Positions 38,993-48,403 of a stretch of 64,000 bases of DNA are shown in pieces. Numbering within the stretch: position 1 is the first letter of the stretch; the number at the start of each line of letters is the position of its first letter. The notes under the pieces are model-generated. The model did not search any database, was not told the origin of the DNA, and saw nothing but the letters and a program-made list of their open reading frames with translations. A program made the translations under genes and the position numbers. The stretch is from an uncultured Clostridia bacterium. Lineage in GTDB: Bacteria > Bacillota > Clostridia > TANB77 > CAG-508. Where the stretch lies: assembly GCA_934167965.1 (NCBI GenBank), contig CAKPMJ010000002.1, forward strand, positions 191,013-255,012. Direction: 5' to 3'.

Positions 38993-39921
38993 TATATTTT
39001 TTCAAATATCCTAAGTTTTGCACTTTTAGATCTTGAGTTTTCTTCTTGTTCCTCTTTACTTGCAATTATTGGTTTTTTATTTATTATTATTCCCTGTTCT
39101 TTTGCACCACATACACAATATGGTAATTCTTTTGGACATGTACATATTCCTTTAGCCTTTTTATAAGCATTTTTTACTGCTCTATCTTCTAATGAATGAA
39201 AAGTTATTACACATAGTCTTCCTTTTGTATTTAATACTTCTATACAATTTTCTATTGTTCTTTCTAAAGGCTTTATTTCATCATTTACTTCTATTCTAAT
39301 TGCTTGAAATGTACGTTTTGCTGGATGTCCATCTTTTTGCATTGACTTTGGTATCGATTTTTCTATTATTTCTACTAATTCTTTAGTCGTCTCTATTTCT
39401 TTTTGTTTTCTATATATACATATATTTTTTGCAATATTTCTTGAAAATTTTTCTTCCCCATATTCATAAATTATATTTGCCAAATCTTCTTCTTTATATG
39501 TATTTACTACTATTTTAGCTGTTAACTCCTGGGTTTTGTCCATTCTCATGTCTAATTCATTCTCACCCAAATAACTAAAACCTCTATTTCTTTCATCTAA
39601 TTGATATGATGAAACTCCTAAATCCAATAAGATTCCATTTACTTTTTCTATTTTCAATTCTTCTAATATTTCTTTTATATCATCATGATTACCATGTATA
39701 TATTTTACATTTTTATATTCTTTTAAATTTTCTTTAGCTGCTTTTAATGCATCAGTGTCTCTATCTATTCCTATTAATAATCCATTTTTAGATAATCTTT
39801 TTACTATTTCTTTGCTATGTCCTGCTCCTCCCAATGTACCATCTACATATATCCCATCTGGTTTTATATTTAGACCTTCTATACATTCATCTAACAAGAC
39901 TGATTTATGTTTAAATTCCAA
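38992..39921 (-). CDS. rsmH: 16S rRNA (cytosine1402-N4)-methyltransferase
   Basis: [36 protein letters not shown]. Confidence 0.92.
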   Translation of the reverse strand: MEFKHKSVLLDECIEGLNIKPDGIYVDGTLGGAGHSKEIVKRLSKNGLLIGIDRDTDALKAAKENLKEYKNVKYIHGNHDDIKEILEELKIEKVNGILLDLGVSSYQLDERNRGFSYLGENELDMRMDKTQELTAKIVVNTYKEEDLANIIYEYGEEKFSRNIAKNICIYRKQKEIETTKELVEIIEKSIPKSMQKDGHPAKRTFQAIRIEVNDEIKPLERTIENCIEVLNTKGRLCVITFHSLEDRAVKNAYKKAKGICTCPKELPYCVCGAKEQGIIINKKPIIASKEEQEENSRSKSAKLRIFEKI

Positions 39922-39996
39922 CTTTCCACCTCTATTACAAATTGCAGCTGGTAATTCATTCGAAAATACCAGCTGCTTAATGTGTTCTTTTTCTAT

Positions 39997-40245
39997 ATCT
40001 TTTGTGATGCTTTTGTTTATTTACATACTTTGGTATTCTCAAATCTTATGTATTTTTATCTTTTGTTTCTTTATTTCTTTAGTATTTTTTTCTTTAGTAA
40101 AATCTTTTGTAGGGTTTTTGGATACAAATTATCTTTGGTAAGATCTTTTGTAAAGGCTTTATTCATTTTTCCTTTGTAACTTTTTTCTTTTGTATTTTTA
40201 TCATTAGTATATTCTTCTTTAGTACTTTTTTCTTTAGTTTAATTT
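39997..40245. repeat. ~250-bp array of degenerate 10-12-nt direct repeats (A/T)TCTTT(T/A)GTA in the mraZ-rsmH intergenic region
   Basis: At least 10 copies, e.g. TTCTTTAGTA (x4), ATCTTTTGTA (x3), ATCTTTGGTA, TCCTTTGTA. There is no regular spacer structure. Confidence 0.6.
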
Positions 40246-40270
40246 ATATAAACTTTCCTGTTGGAAAAGG

Positions 40271-40696
40271 TTATATACCTAACATTGTCATATTTTCAGC
40301 AATATCGTCTGCTGAAATTTCTTCATCTTTTGCAAGCCATTTTTCTTTATTCCATATTTCTAGTCTTGTTCCTACTCCAATTATTATAGCTTCTTTTTCT
40401 AAATTTGCATCTTTTCTTAAGTTTGCTGGAATTAGAAATCTTCCTTGCTTATCTAATTCACATTCAGTGGCTCCTGCTAAGAAAAATCTTACAAAGTTTC
40501 TTGCATTTTTATCTGATAATGGTAGTGATTTTAATTTTGTTTCGAAATTCATCCACTCTTCTTGTGAAAATGCAAATAAACATCCATCTAATCCTTTTGT
40601 TACGATGAAAGCTTCTCCCATATCTCTACGAAGTTTTGCAGGCATTGATACTCTGCCTTTTGCATCTAATGTATGCTCATATTCACCAATTAGCAT
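40271..40696 (-). CDS. mraZ: transcriptional regulator MraZ
   Basis: [33 protein letters not shown]... (duplicated MraZ/SpoVT-AbrB-like fold). Confidence 0.92.
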   Translation of the reverse strand: MLIGEYEHTLDAKGRVSMPAKLRRDMGEAFIVTKGLDGCLFAFSQEEWMNFETKLKSLPLSDKNARNFVRFFLAGATECELDKQGRFLIPANLRKDANLEKEAIIIGVGTRLEIWNKEKWLAKDEEISADDIAENMTMLGI

Positions 40697-40705
40697 CTGA
40701 ATTTC

Positions 40706-40748
40706 ACCTCACTTTTTATACCACTTCATACCACTTTGTACCACTTTG
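40706..40748 (-). promoter_or_regulatory. MraZ operator: three 10-bp direct repeats AAAGTGGTA(n) plus a fourth degenerate copy overlapping the RBS
   Basis: Minus strand reads AAAGTGGTAC AAAGTGGTAT GAAGTGGTAT AAAAAGTGAGGTG. It lies downstream of promoter TTGCAA-17-TAGAAT (40754-40782). Confidence 0.6.
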
Positions 40749-40873
40749 ATTAAATTCTAATACACTTTTTTATATTTTGCAATACTTTTTTGAAAATTTT
40801 TTAAATTTTTTTCAATTTTTCCCAACAAAAAAATAAAACTAAAATGTTTTCATTCTAGTTTTATTATTTTTTA

Positions 40874-42127
40874 TTAATACATACTTTGTATTGCTTTTAA
40901 AACCCCCATTTTTCCATATTGGTATGTAAGACCACCTTGCATATAAGCAATAAATGGTTCTCTTATTGGTCCATCACAACTAAGTTCAATTGTTGACCCC
41001 GAAGTAAATGTTCCTGCAGCCATAATAACCTTATCATCATAACCACCCATTTCACTCGGCTCTGGAGTAACAAATGCATCTATTGGAGATGCTAATTGTA
41101 TTCCTTGACAAAATTTTATAAGTTTTTCTTCATCATTGAATATAATTGTTTGAACTATATCTCCTCTCAAATCATTATATTTAGGCTTAGTATTAAATCC
41201 TAATTCTTCTAACATTTTACTTGCAAATACTGCTGTTTTTAAACTACTTGCTACAACACTTGGTGCAAAGAACATTCCTTTTAAAAATGATGTATTTTGA
41301 TTTAATGATGGTCCAATTTCTTTTCCAATTCCCGGTGCAGTTAGTCTTTCCGCACATAAATTTATTAAATCTTTTCTTCCAACAATATATGCTCCAGTTG
41401 TTGCAACTCCCGCTCCTAAATTTTTCATTAAAGAACCTACTATTATATCTGCTCCAACTTCTATTGGTTCTCTATCTTCTACAAATTCCCCATAACAATT
41501 ATCTACCATAATTATTACTTCTTCATTTACTTTTCTTATTTCTTTTATAACTTCTTCTATCTGGTTAATTTTCAAACTTTGTCTAGTTGAATATCCTATT
41601 GATTTTTGTATTTCAACTAATTTTATATCTTTTTTAGATAATCTTTGTACTATTTTTTCTATATCAAATTTATTATCTATTAGATCAATTTGCTCATAAT
41701 TAATTCCATATGCTTTTAAAGAACTATCACTAGGATTATCTCCAATTCCTATTACTGTTTGTAAAGTATCATAAGGTTCTCCAGAAATACTTAACATTGT
41801 ATCTCCCGGTCTTAATAATGCTGATAAAGTAATAGCTAGTGCATGAGTTCCTGAAATTAACTGTGCTCTTACTAATGCATCTTCTGCTTTAAATATATCT
41901 GCATATATTTCTTCTATTTTATTTCTACCTGGTTCATCTATTCCATACCCAGTAGAACTATATAAATGTGTTTCTGATAAATTATTTTTTTGAAAAGCTT
42001 CTAAGACTTTCAAACTATTTTTTTCACAAACTTCATCTATTTTTTCAAATATTGGTTTTATTTCATCTTCTACTTTTATAGATAAATTTTCTATTTTTTC
42101 ACTTATTCCCCATTTACTATATTTCAT
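40874..42127 (-). CDS. PLP-dependent YnbB-like protein (aluminium-resistance / Cys-Met metabolism lyase family)
   Basis: 417 aa. Composition and length match the COG4100 family, with a conserved Lys region ...GSLMKNLGAG. Confidence 0.55.
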   Translation of the reverse strand: MKYSKWGISEKIENLSIKVEDEIKPIFEKIDEVCEKNSLKVLEAFQKNNLSETHLYSSTGYGIDEPGRNKIEEIYADIFKAEDALVRAQLISGTHALAITLSALLRPGDTMLSISGEPYDTLQTVIGIGDNPSDSSLKAYGINYEQIDLIDNKFDIEKIVQRLSKKDIKLVEIQKSIGYSTRQSLKINQIEEVIKEIRKVNEEVIIMVDNCYGEFVEDREPIEVGADIIVGSLMKNLGAGVATTGAYIVGRKDLINLCAERLTAPGIGKEIGPSLNQNTSFLKGMFFAPSVVASSLKTAVFASKMLEELGFNTKPKYNDLRGDIVQTIIFNDEEKLIKFCQGIQLASPIDAFVTPEPSEMGGYDDKVIMAAGTFTSGSTIELSCDGPIREPFIAYMQGGLTYQYGKMGVLKAIQSMY

Positions 42128-42130
42128 TTA

Positions 42131-43492
42131 TTACACCTCTCTTAAATTTTCTAATGCTCTATCTGCTAATTTTGAGTATTTTAATTTCCTATCTCTAATT
42201 TTTTCTTCTAACTCTGGTACTATTCCAAAATTAGCATTCATTGGTTGGAATTTTTTATTTTCTGTTGATATATATTTTGCTAAAGCTCCTATCATCGTGT
42301 ATTCTGAAAATGTAACTTTATTTTGTTCCTTTAATTTTGCAACTGCATTCAATGCTGAAACCAGTCCAGATGATATTGATTCTACATATCCTTCTACTCC
42401 TGTTATTTGGCCCGCAAAAAATATATTATTATTTTTCTTTAAATTATAACTCTCATCTAGCAAAATTGTAGAATTTATATATGTATTTCTATGCATTACT
42501 CCATACTTTACAAATTCTGCATCTTGAAGTCCTGGTATCAAACTAAATACTCTTTTTTGTTCTCCAAATTTTAAATTTGTTTGAAATCCTACTAAATTAT
42601 ATATTGTTCCTTTACTATCATCTTGTCTTAATTGAACAACCGCATAAGGTCTTTTACCATATCTAGGATCATCAAACCCAACAGGCTTTAAAGGTCCAAA
42701 TCTTAATGTATCTATTCCTCTTTTAGCCATAACTTCAACAGGCATACACCCCTCAAATATCTCTCTTTTTTCAAATTCATGCAAATTTACAATTTCTGCA
42801 TTTACAAGCCCGTTCCAAAAATTTTCATATTCTTCTTTATTCATAGGAAGATTTATATAACTAGCATCTTGAGATTTTATTCGTTCTCTCCACTTTTCTA
42901 TATCTTCGTCTTTTCCTTTTTCTTGCTCATATCTGTTACCCAAAAAGGCTATATTAAAATCTATACTTTCTTTAGTAACTATTGGTGCAGCTGCATCATA
43001 GAAATACAATTTATCTTGTCCTGTTATTTCTGAAATTTCTTTTGCTAATACCTCTGATGTTAAAGGACCAGTTGCAATAATTACAATTCCCTCTTTTGCT
43101 AAATCTTTTATTTTTATATCTTGTCCCACTTCTTTATTTATTACTTCTATTAATGGATTTTCTTTTATTATTCTTGTTATTTCCTCAGAGAATTTTTCCC
43201 TATCAACTGCTAATGCTTGTCCAGCAGGTACACTAGTTTTATCTGCTACTTTTATTAATAATGAATCCAACTTTCTTAGCTCTTCTTTTAATAACCCACA
43301 TGCATTTGTATGTAAATTTGATTTGAATGAATTACTACATACTATTTCTGCTAAGTTAGAATTTGAATGTGCAGGTGTATATTTTTCTGGTTTCATTTCA
43401 TACAATTTAACATTTATCCCTCTTTTAGCTATTTGATATGCAGCCTCAGTTCCAGCTAAGCCCCCTCCTATTATCGTTATATAATTATTCAT
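42131..43492 (-). CDS. trmFO: methylenetetrahydrofolate--tRNA-(uracil54-C5)-methyltransferase TrmFO
   Basis: MNNYITIIGGGLAGTEAAYQIAKRG FAD motif. The start is set at the ATG after AGAGGAGA. Confidence 0.9.
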   Translation of the reverse strand: MNNYITIIGGGLAGTEAAYQIAKRGINVKLYEMKPEKYTPAHSNSNLAEIVCSNSFKSNLHTNACGLLKEELRKLDSLLIKVADKTSVPAGQALAVDREKFSEEITRIIKENPLIEVINKEVGQDIKIKDLAKEGIVIIATGPLTSEVLAKEISEITGQDKLYFYDAAAPIVTKESIDFNIAFLGNRYEQEKGKDEDIEKWRERIKSQDASYINLPMNKEEYENFWNGLVNAEIVNLHEFEKREIFEGCMPVEVMAKRGIDTLRFGPLKPVGFDDPRYGKRPYAVVQLRQDDSKGTIYNLVGFQTNLKFGEQKRVFSLIPGLQDAEFVKYGVMHRNTYINSTILLDESYNLKKNNNIFFAGQITGVEGYVESISSGLVSALNAVAKLKEQNKVTFSEYTMIGALAKYISTENKKFQPMNANFGIVPELEEKIRDRKLKYSKLADRALENLREV

Positions 43493-43578
43493 CTTATCTC
43501 CTCTTTTTAAAAATTCTATACTATTATACAATATTTTAATATAAAATACAATTATTTATATTACATAAAATAAAAGGC

Positions 43579-44055
43579 TTATAATAAGCCTTTTATCATA
43601 TTTGGATTTTCGGTTGTAAGCATTTGTCTTACTAAGCTATCTAACTTTTTTATATATTCCATCTGTTTACTTGATAAAGTCTTCTGAACAAGCTCATCAT
43701 CTTCCCTATAAGATATTAAAATTTTTCCCATATCCTCAATCCATTGAGAGTATTTTTCAACTTCATCAGAATTGCCAATAAAATATAGTCTATATCTTGC
43801 TTGATGTGCTTCTTTCATAGCTTTAAAACCTTGCTTATAACTTTTTAATATTTTGCGAGCTAAGATTTTATTACTAATTGGCTCAATTAAAACTATAGTT
43901 AATTCTAAAATTAAATCAAGACAAACAAGTATAATAAAAATCCAATCGATTACATCTCTGTTACCAATTGCAAAATTTATTATTGCACCTATAAAACATA
44001 TTACAAAAAATAGCCCTCTCCAATTTTTCCGTAAAAATCCTAATACTTTTCTCAT
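43579..44055 (-). CDS. hypothetical membrane protein
   Basis: 158 aa with two N-terminal TM helices. Confidence 0.5.
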   Translation of the reverse strand: MRKVLGFLRKNWRGLFFVICFIGAIINFAIGNRDVIDWIFIILVCLDLILELTIVLIEPISNKILARKILKSYKQGFKAMKEAHQARYRLYFIGNSDEVEKYSQWIEDMGKILISYREDDELVQKTLSSKQMEYIKKLDSLVRQMLTTENPNMIKGLL

Positions 44056-44123
44056 TATTATTTCCTCCTTAAAAATTATTTTTATATTTTGCTATATCTT
44101 GCTGTAAAAGGAGATAAAGCATT

Positions 44124-44210
44124 ATGAGCATATTTATTATTATAACATATTATTCTTATTATTTCAACCATTTAGCAATCTGTACTCTCTCATTCAATGG
44201 CATTATTTAA
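44124..44210 (+). CDS. candidate small hydrophobic peptide (28 aa)
   Basis: AAAGGAG lies 8 nt before the ATG. The peptide is MSIFIIITYYSYYFNHLAICTLSFNGII. Not in the ORF track. Confidence 0.25.
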   Translation: MSIFIIITYYSYYFNHLAICTLSFNGII

Positions 44211-44299
44211 CTCCACTCTATTAATATCTACATTTTTATTTTCTCCTAATTTTTATTAAGCATAAAAAAATCGCTACACTAATGTGCAACGATATGTCT

Positions 44300-44373
44300 T
44301 GGAGCAGGTAGTGGGAATCGAACCCACGTAGTCAGCTTGGAAGGCTGAAGTTCTACCATTGAACTACACCTGC
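44300..44373 (-). tRNA. tRNA-Gly (anticodon UCC), CCA encoded
   Basis: Reverse complement GCAGGTGTAGTTCAATGGTAGAACTTCAGCCTTCCAAGCTGACTACGTGGGTTCGATTCCCACTACCTGCTCCA folds as a cloverleaf with anticodon loop CUUCCAA. Upstream promoter TTGACA-16-TATAAT at 44394-44421. Confidence 0.93.
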
Positions 44374-44448
44374 ATCTCCTTAAGACAAATATTATTATAG
44401 CATATATTTTTTAATTGTCAATACTTTTTTAAAAATTTTTTTATTTTT

Positions 44449-45288
44449 TTACTTCATTAGGAAGAAATTGTATTTTTCGTCATTTGAACTACCTGTATTT
44501 GAGGCTTTTATATATTTACCATTACTATATAAATCTTTTAAAGGAAGATCAAAGTTAACCCAACATGAGAACTCTTCGTCATCATTATTTACTATAACAA
44601 TTCTAAACCTGATTTTACAGTTAAGTTCATCATTTGAAATTCCTGCTTTTTCTAATATTTTACCATTAAAATCTATTGAACTTCCCTCATTTATTTTATA
44701 ACCTGATAACAAATCTTTGTTTAAATATTTCAATGTAATAGGATTTGAGCAATCTGTGTAAAATGTTGGTTTACCATAATCTGTCATATTGTTTTCATCA
44801 TTAGTATATATAACATTGAAATCTATTCTATCAACTTTGTTGTAATTAGTTATATCTACATTTTTTCCAATATTCAATGAATTGGTATAATTTAAACTTT
44901 TATTTCCTTTACTTGAAGTAGAGTCAAGATTTATATTATCAATATATAATTGTTTTACTGTATTTTTATTTGTTAATTCTTGTATTGTTTTTTTATTATC
45001 AATAAGTATTGATATATCTGAATATTGATATAAACTCAAATCTTGTAAATTTTTATTTATACTATTGTCAATAGCATTTGCACTACTAAACAAATATAAT
45101 TCTTTTATACTAAATATAGGATTTTCATTATTTTTTGATATTTCTTCTATATTACTTAAATAATGATTTTTTTTAACTGTTTTGCTAATTATAAAACCAT
45201 ATATAATTAGCAAAACAGCTATTATTCCTATCATAACATATAAAATTACTTTATAATTATTCTTTATTATCCTTTTTATATTCCTCAT
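44449..45288 (-). CDS. hypothetical membrane-anchored protein
   Basis: 279 aa with an N-terminal TM (ILYVMIGIIAVLLIIYGFII). Confidence 0.5.
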   Translation of the reverse strand: MRNIKRIIKNNYKVILYVMIGIIAVLLIIYGFIISKTVKKNHYLSNIEEISKNNENPIFSIKELYLFSSANAIDNSINKNLQDLSLYQYSDISILIDNKKTIQELTNKNTVKQLYIDNINLDSTSSKGNKSLNYTNSLNIGKNVDITNYNKVDRIDFNVIYTNDENNMTDYGKPTFYTDCSNPITLKYLNKDLLSGYKINEGSSIDFNGKILEKAGISNDELNCKIRFRIVIVNNDDEEFSCWVNFDLPLKDLYSNGKYIKASNTGSSNDEKYNFFLMK

Positions 45289-45291
45289 TTT

Positions 45292-46473
45292 TTACCCTAA
45301 CTTATTATATAAATATTGCATATATTTATAAACTTTGTTATGCCATTCTTTATCACTTGCATATCTCTTGTTTACACTTTCTGCAGTTGTTCCATTATAG
45401 AAACTTCCTGTTTCAGACAAATAGTTTTTCTCTAATGCTTCTGCAACTGTATTTATTGCATCTGCATAAGTTTCGAACATATTTGCACATCCTTCTGGAT
45501 CTCTATCATATGCTCCATATCCAAATAAATTATTTTTGCTTTTAGCAATTTTTGATGTTCCCCAAGCACTTTCATGTATTCCTATAGCTGCTAAAAATAT
45601 TCCATTTATCCCATATGTCTGCTCTGCATTATAAAATGTTTCTGCATTTTCAGCGAATATATTATTTTTATCACTTGCATTATATGCAAATATTGTCTTA
45701 TAATCACTTAATGTTAAACCACTTGGTTTACTTAAGTCCATATCTTCGCTTAAATTTGCTTGCAATTTTGCAATTCTATTTTTTTCAGTAATCATAGGTG
45801 TTACTGCTTCAGAAGTTAATTTATCCGCTTTTATGTATCCTTCTTTAGAATTATATTCAACTTTTACCCAGTCATTGTCCACAACTTCTTTTAACTTAAC
45901 ATTCAAATATCTATTTATTGATTCGATTTTTTTAGCATCTTCTTTAGGTTCTTCTGTTAAATCAGATATTTCTATTAAATACATTTTGTCACCTAAATGA
46001 ACACTGTATTTACTTAAAAATTCTGAAGTTCCAACATATACTATTTCTGTAACAGGTTCTTTTGTAATGTTATTTTCTATCACTTGCTCTTCTACCATTT
46101 TATTATTTATATATTTTTGTAATACTGTTACTTGATTTTTTCCATCTTTTCCTTTTTGTTTAACCTCTTTTTCTCCTTTAGGAAGATTTTTTGTTTCTTT
46201 TTGTATTGTCTCGTGTTTTATTTTTCTTTCTTCATTTACTAATTTTGAATCTGTATAATTATTTTCAACCATTAATTTCAATACATCTATTTGATTTTCA
46301 TTTTGTTCAAATTTTACTTCTTCTTTCTGTTCTTCCCTACGGCTCGTCTCATTTGTAGCAAAAATATTGTTTTTAAAAAATGCTAGTATTAATGCAACTA
46401 TAAATACTAATAAAAAGAACCACATTATACTTATTTTTATTACTATTTTACCATTTCTTAATTCTCTTTGCAT
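45292..46473 (-). CDS. cell-wall hydrolase: TM + G5 + SH3-like + C-terminal glucosaminidase (GH73) domain
   Basis: C-terminus ...GINGIFLAAIGIHESAWGTSKIAKSKNNLFGYGAYD... (mannosyl-glycoprotein endo-beta-N-acetylglucosaminidase). Start ambiguous (46473 or 46509). Confidence 0.75.
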   Translation of the reverse strand: MQRELRNGKIVIKISIMWFFLLVFIVALILAFFKNNIFATNETSRREEQKEEVKFEQNENQIDVLKLMVENNYTDSKLVNEERKIKHETIQKETKNLPKGEKEVKQKGKDGKNQVTVLQKYINNKMVEEQVIENNITKEPVTEIVYVGTSEFLSKYSVHLGDKMYLIEISDLTEEPKEDAKKIESINRYLNVKLKEVVDNDWVKVEYNSKEGYIKADKLTSEAVTPMITEKNRIAKLQANLSEDMDLSKPSGLTLSDYKTIFAYNASDKNNIFAENAETFYNAEQTYGINGIFLAAIGIHESAWGTSKIAKSKNNLFGYGAYDRDPEGCANMFETYADAINTVAEALEKNYLSETGSFYNGTTAESVNKRYASDKEWHNKVYKYMQYLYNKLG

Positions 46474-46557
46474 ATGTATATACCTTTCTATATTATTATA
46501 CATATACATGATATACTTTTTTTACCTTTTTGTCAATGTCATTTTTTGCTATTTTTG

Positions 46558-47400
46558 CTATTTCCGTAATACTTTTTTCATATATTTATACCCCATATTA
46601 TATAATTCTTCATTTTTTCTATAATCTAATAATGAAACTTTTTTCATTGGTATTGATATTAATTTATCTATTCCTTCTTTTTCATATATTGATAATTCTC
46701 TGCATACTAAATCTAATGACCTTACTGCTATTTCAATCATATTATTGTAGTACTCTTCTTTTTTCAAAATAGTTTCAAATCCTATCCCCCATACTTCATC
46801 TGCACCTATTTTTTTTAATTCTTTCCATGGTAAATTTTCTCTAATTCCACCATCAACTAATTGCTCTCCTTTGTACACACATGGTGAAAAAGCAACAGGA
46901 TAACTACAGCTTGCTCTTATTACTTTCTCAATTGGCATATCTGTTACATAAGTAGTCTTGTCTGATGTCTTTCTTCTTACTTCTTTTGAGGTTGCAATGC
47001 GTACTTCACCTGTTTGCAAATCTACCATTGGTATCATTAAAGGCATTTTTATTTGTCCTATATTACTTATACCTTTCTGATTACATAAGTCCTTCATAAT
47101 TCTTTCTATTACTTTTCCGCTATTTAATCCATCTATTATAATTTCTCCTTGAAATATTAAGCCAAATACCATTTTTAACAAATTCTTTAGTTCTACATAT
47201 TTTACTTTTTTACTGTATTTAGTAAATAATTCATACATTTCATCACTATTGTATCCAAGTGCATACATCGTAGCTATGATACTTCCCGATGAAGCACCTG
47301 ATACACAATCAAATTTTATATTTTCTTCTTCTAATGCTTTTAATGCTCCTATATGAGCAGCAGCTTTTATTCCTCCGCCAGATAAAGCTAACCCCTTCAT
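46558..47400 (-). CDS. patatin-like phospholipase
   Basis: GGGIKAAAHIG (oxyanion hole), GASSGS (GxSxG) and a DGG motif. Confidence 0.85.
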   Translation of the reverse strand: MKGLALSGGGIKAAAHIGALKALEEENIKFDCVSGASSGSIIATMYALGYNSDEMYELFTKYSKKVKYVELKNLLKMVFGLIFQGEIIIDGLNSGKVIERIMKDLCNQKGISNIGQIKMPLMIPMVDLQTGEVRIATSKEVRRKTSDKTTYVTDMPIEKVIRASCSYPVAFSPCVYKGEQLVDGGIRENLPWKELKKIGADEVWGIGFETILKKEEYYNNMIEIAVRSLDLVCRELSIYEKEGIDKLISIPMKKVSLLDYRKNEELYNMGYKYMKKVLRK

Positions 47401-47526
47401 TTAATCCACCTCTTTCTCTTTTGTATAATATTATTATTATCAATTTATTGTTACTATAAATATTTTTTATTTCTTGATATTTCAGCATTTTTATTATACA
47501 ATGTTATTATAAAAGAAAGGGGTAGT

Positions 47527-48396
47527 ATGAAAAAATTAATTGTAGATAACAAATATAATAATAAAAAATTAGACAAATTTTTATATGATAAATTTCCATC
47601 ACTTACAAATAATATATTTTATAAAACTCTTAGAAAAAAAGACATAAAAATAAATGGAAAAAGGATTTTTGAAAACATTAATGTATTTGAAAATGATGAA
47701 ATAATTATATATATACCAGATGAATTATTAGAAAATAACATAAAAATTGATAAAATTTATGAAGATAACAATATTTTATTAGTTAATAAACCTATTAATA
47801 TTGAAGTAGTTGGAGAAAACAGTTTAACTTCTATAATACACAAACAATACTCAAATAGTGATTTTCTTCCTATGCCTTGTCATAGGTTAGATAGAAATAC
47901 TAGAGGATTAATCTTGTATGCAAAAAATCAAAAAGCTCTTGATATTTTATTAAATAAATTTAAAAAACATGAAATCGAGAAACACTATCTAGCTTTGGTT
48001 TATGGCAAGCCTTCTAAAAATAGTGAAAAATTAATTGATTATCTATTCAAAGATAGAAAAAAATCTTTAGTGTATATTAGTAATAAGCCCCAAAAAGGAT
48101 ATTCTCAAATTATAACTTCTTATAATTTGATTGAATCTTATCCTAATGGAACTTCTCTGCTTGATGTTAATATTGAGACTGGCAAAACTCACCAAATACG
48201 TGCTCATTTGGCTTATATAGGTCTTCCTATTGTTGGCGACGGAAAATATGGTAATTATGAGATAAATAAAAAATTTAAATCTAAATCACAAAATCTTACT
48301 AGCTATAAATTAAAGTTCGATTTTAAAACAGATGCTGGGATTTTAAATTATTTGAATGATAAAACTTTTACATTAAAAATAGAAGAGATTATATAA
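47527..48396 (+). CDS. RluA-family pseudouridine synthase
   Basis: HRLDRNTRGLILYAKN catalytic Asp motif. RBS AAAGGGG. Confidence 0.85.
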   Translation: MKKLIVDNKYNNKKLDKFLYDKFPSLTNNIFYKTLRKKDIKINGKRIFENINVFENDEIIIYIPDELLENNIKIDKIYEDNNILLVNKPINIEVVGENSLTSIIHKQYSNSDFLPMPCHRLDRNTRGLILYAKNQKALDILLNKFKKHEIEKHYLALVYGKPSKNSEKLIDYLFKDRKKSLVYISNKPQKGYSQIITSYNLIESYPNGTSLLDVNIETGKTHQIRAHLAYIGLPIVGDGKYGNYEINKKFKSKSQNLTSYKLKFDFKTDAGILNYLNDKTFTLKIEEII

Positions 48397-48403
48397 TCTC
48401 TTC

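Noticed and set aside
39997-40245. CRISPR array or protein-coding repeat
   Set aside because: The repeats are degenerate 10-12-mers with irregular, very short intervening sequences. That is not the 28-37 nt repeats with unique spacers of a CRISPR array, and there are no cas genes. A 31-codon K-rich ORF on the minus strand arises from the repeats but has a poorly spaced RBS.
46558-47400. Patatin-like phospholipase as a defence (CBASS-type) effector
   Set aside because: There is no adjacent cyclase/CD-NTase, E1/E2 or other defence genes. It is flanked by a cell-wall hydrolase and rluA, so it is most likely a housekeeping lipase.
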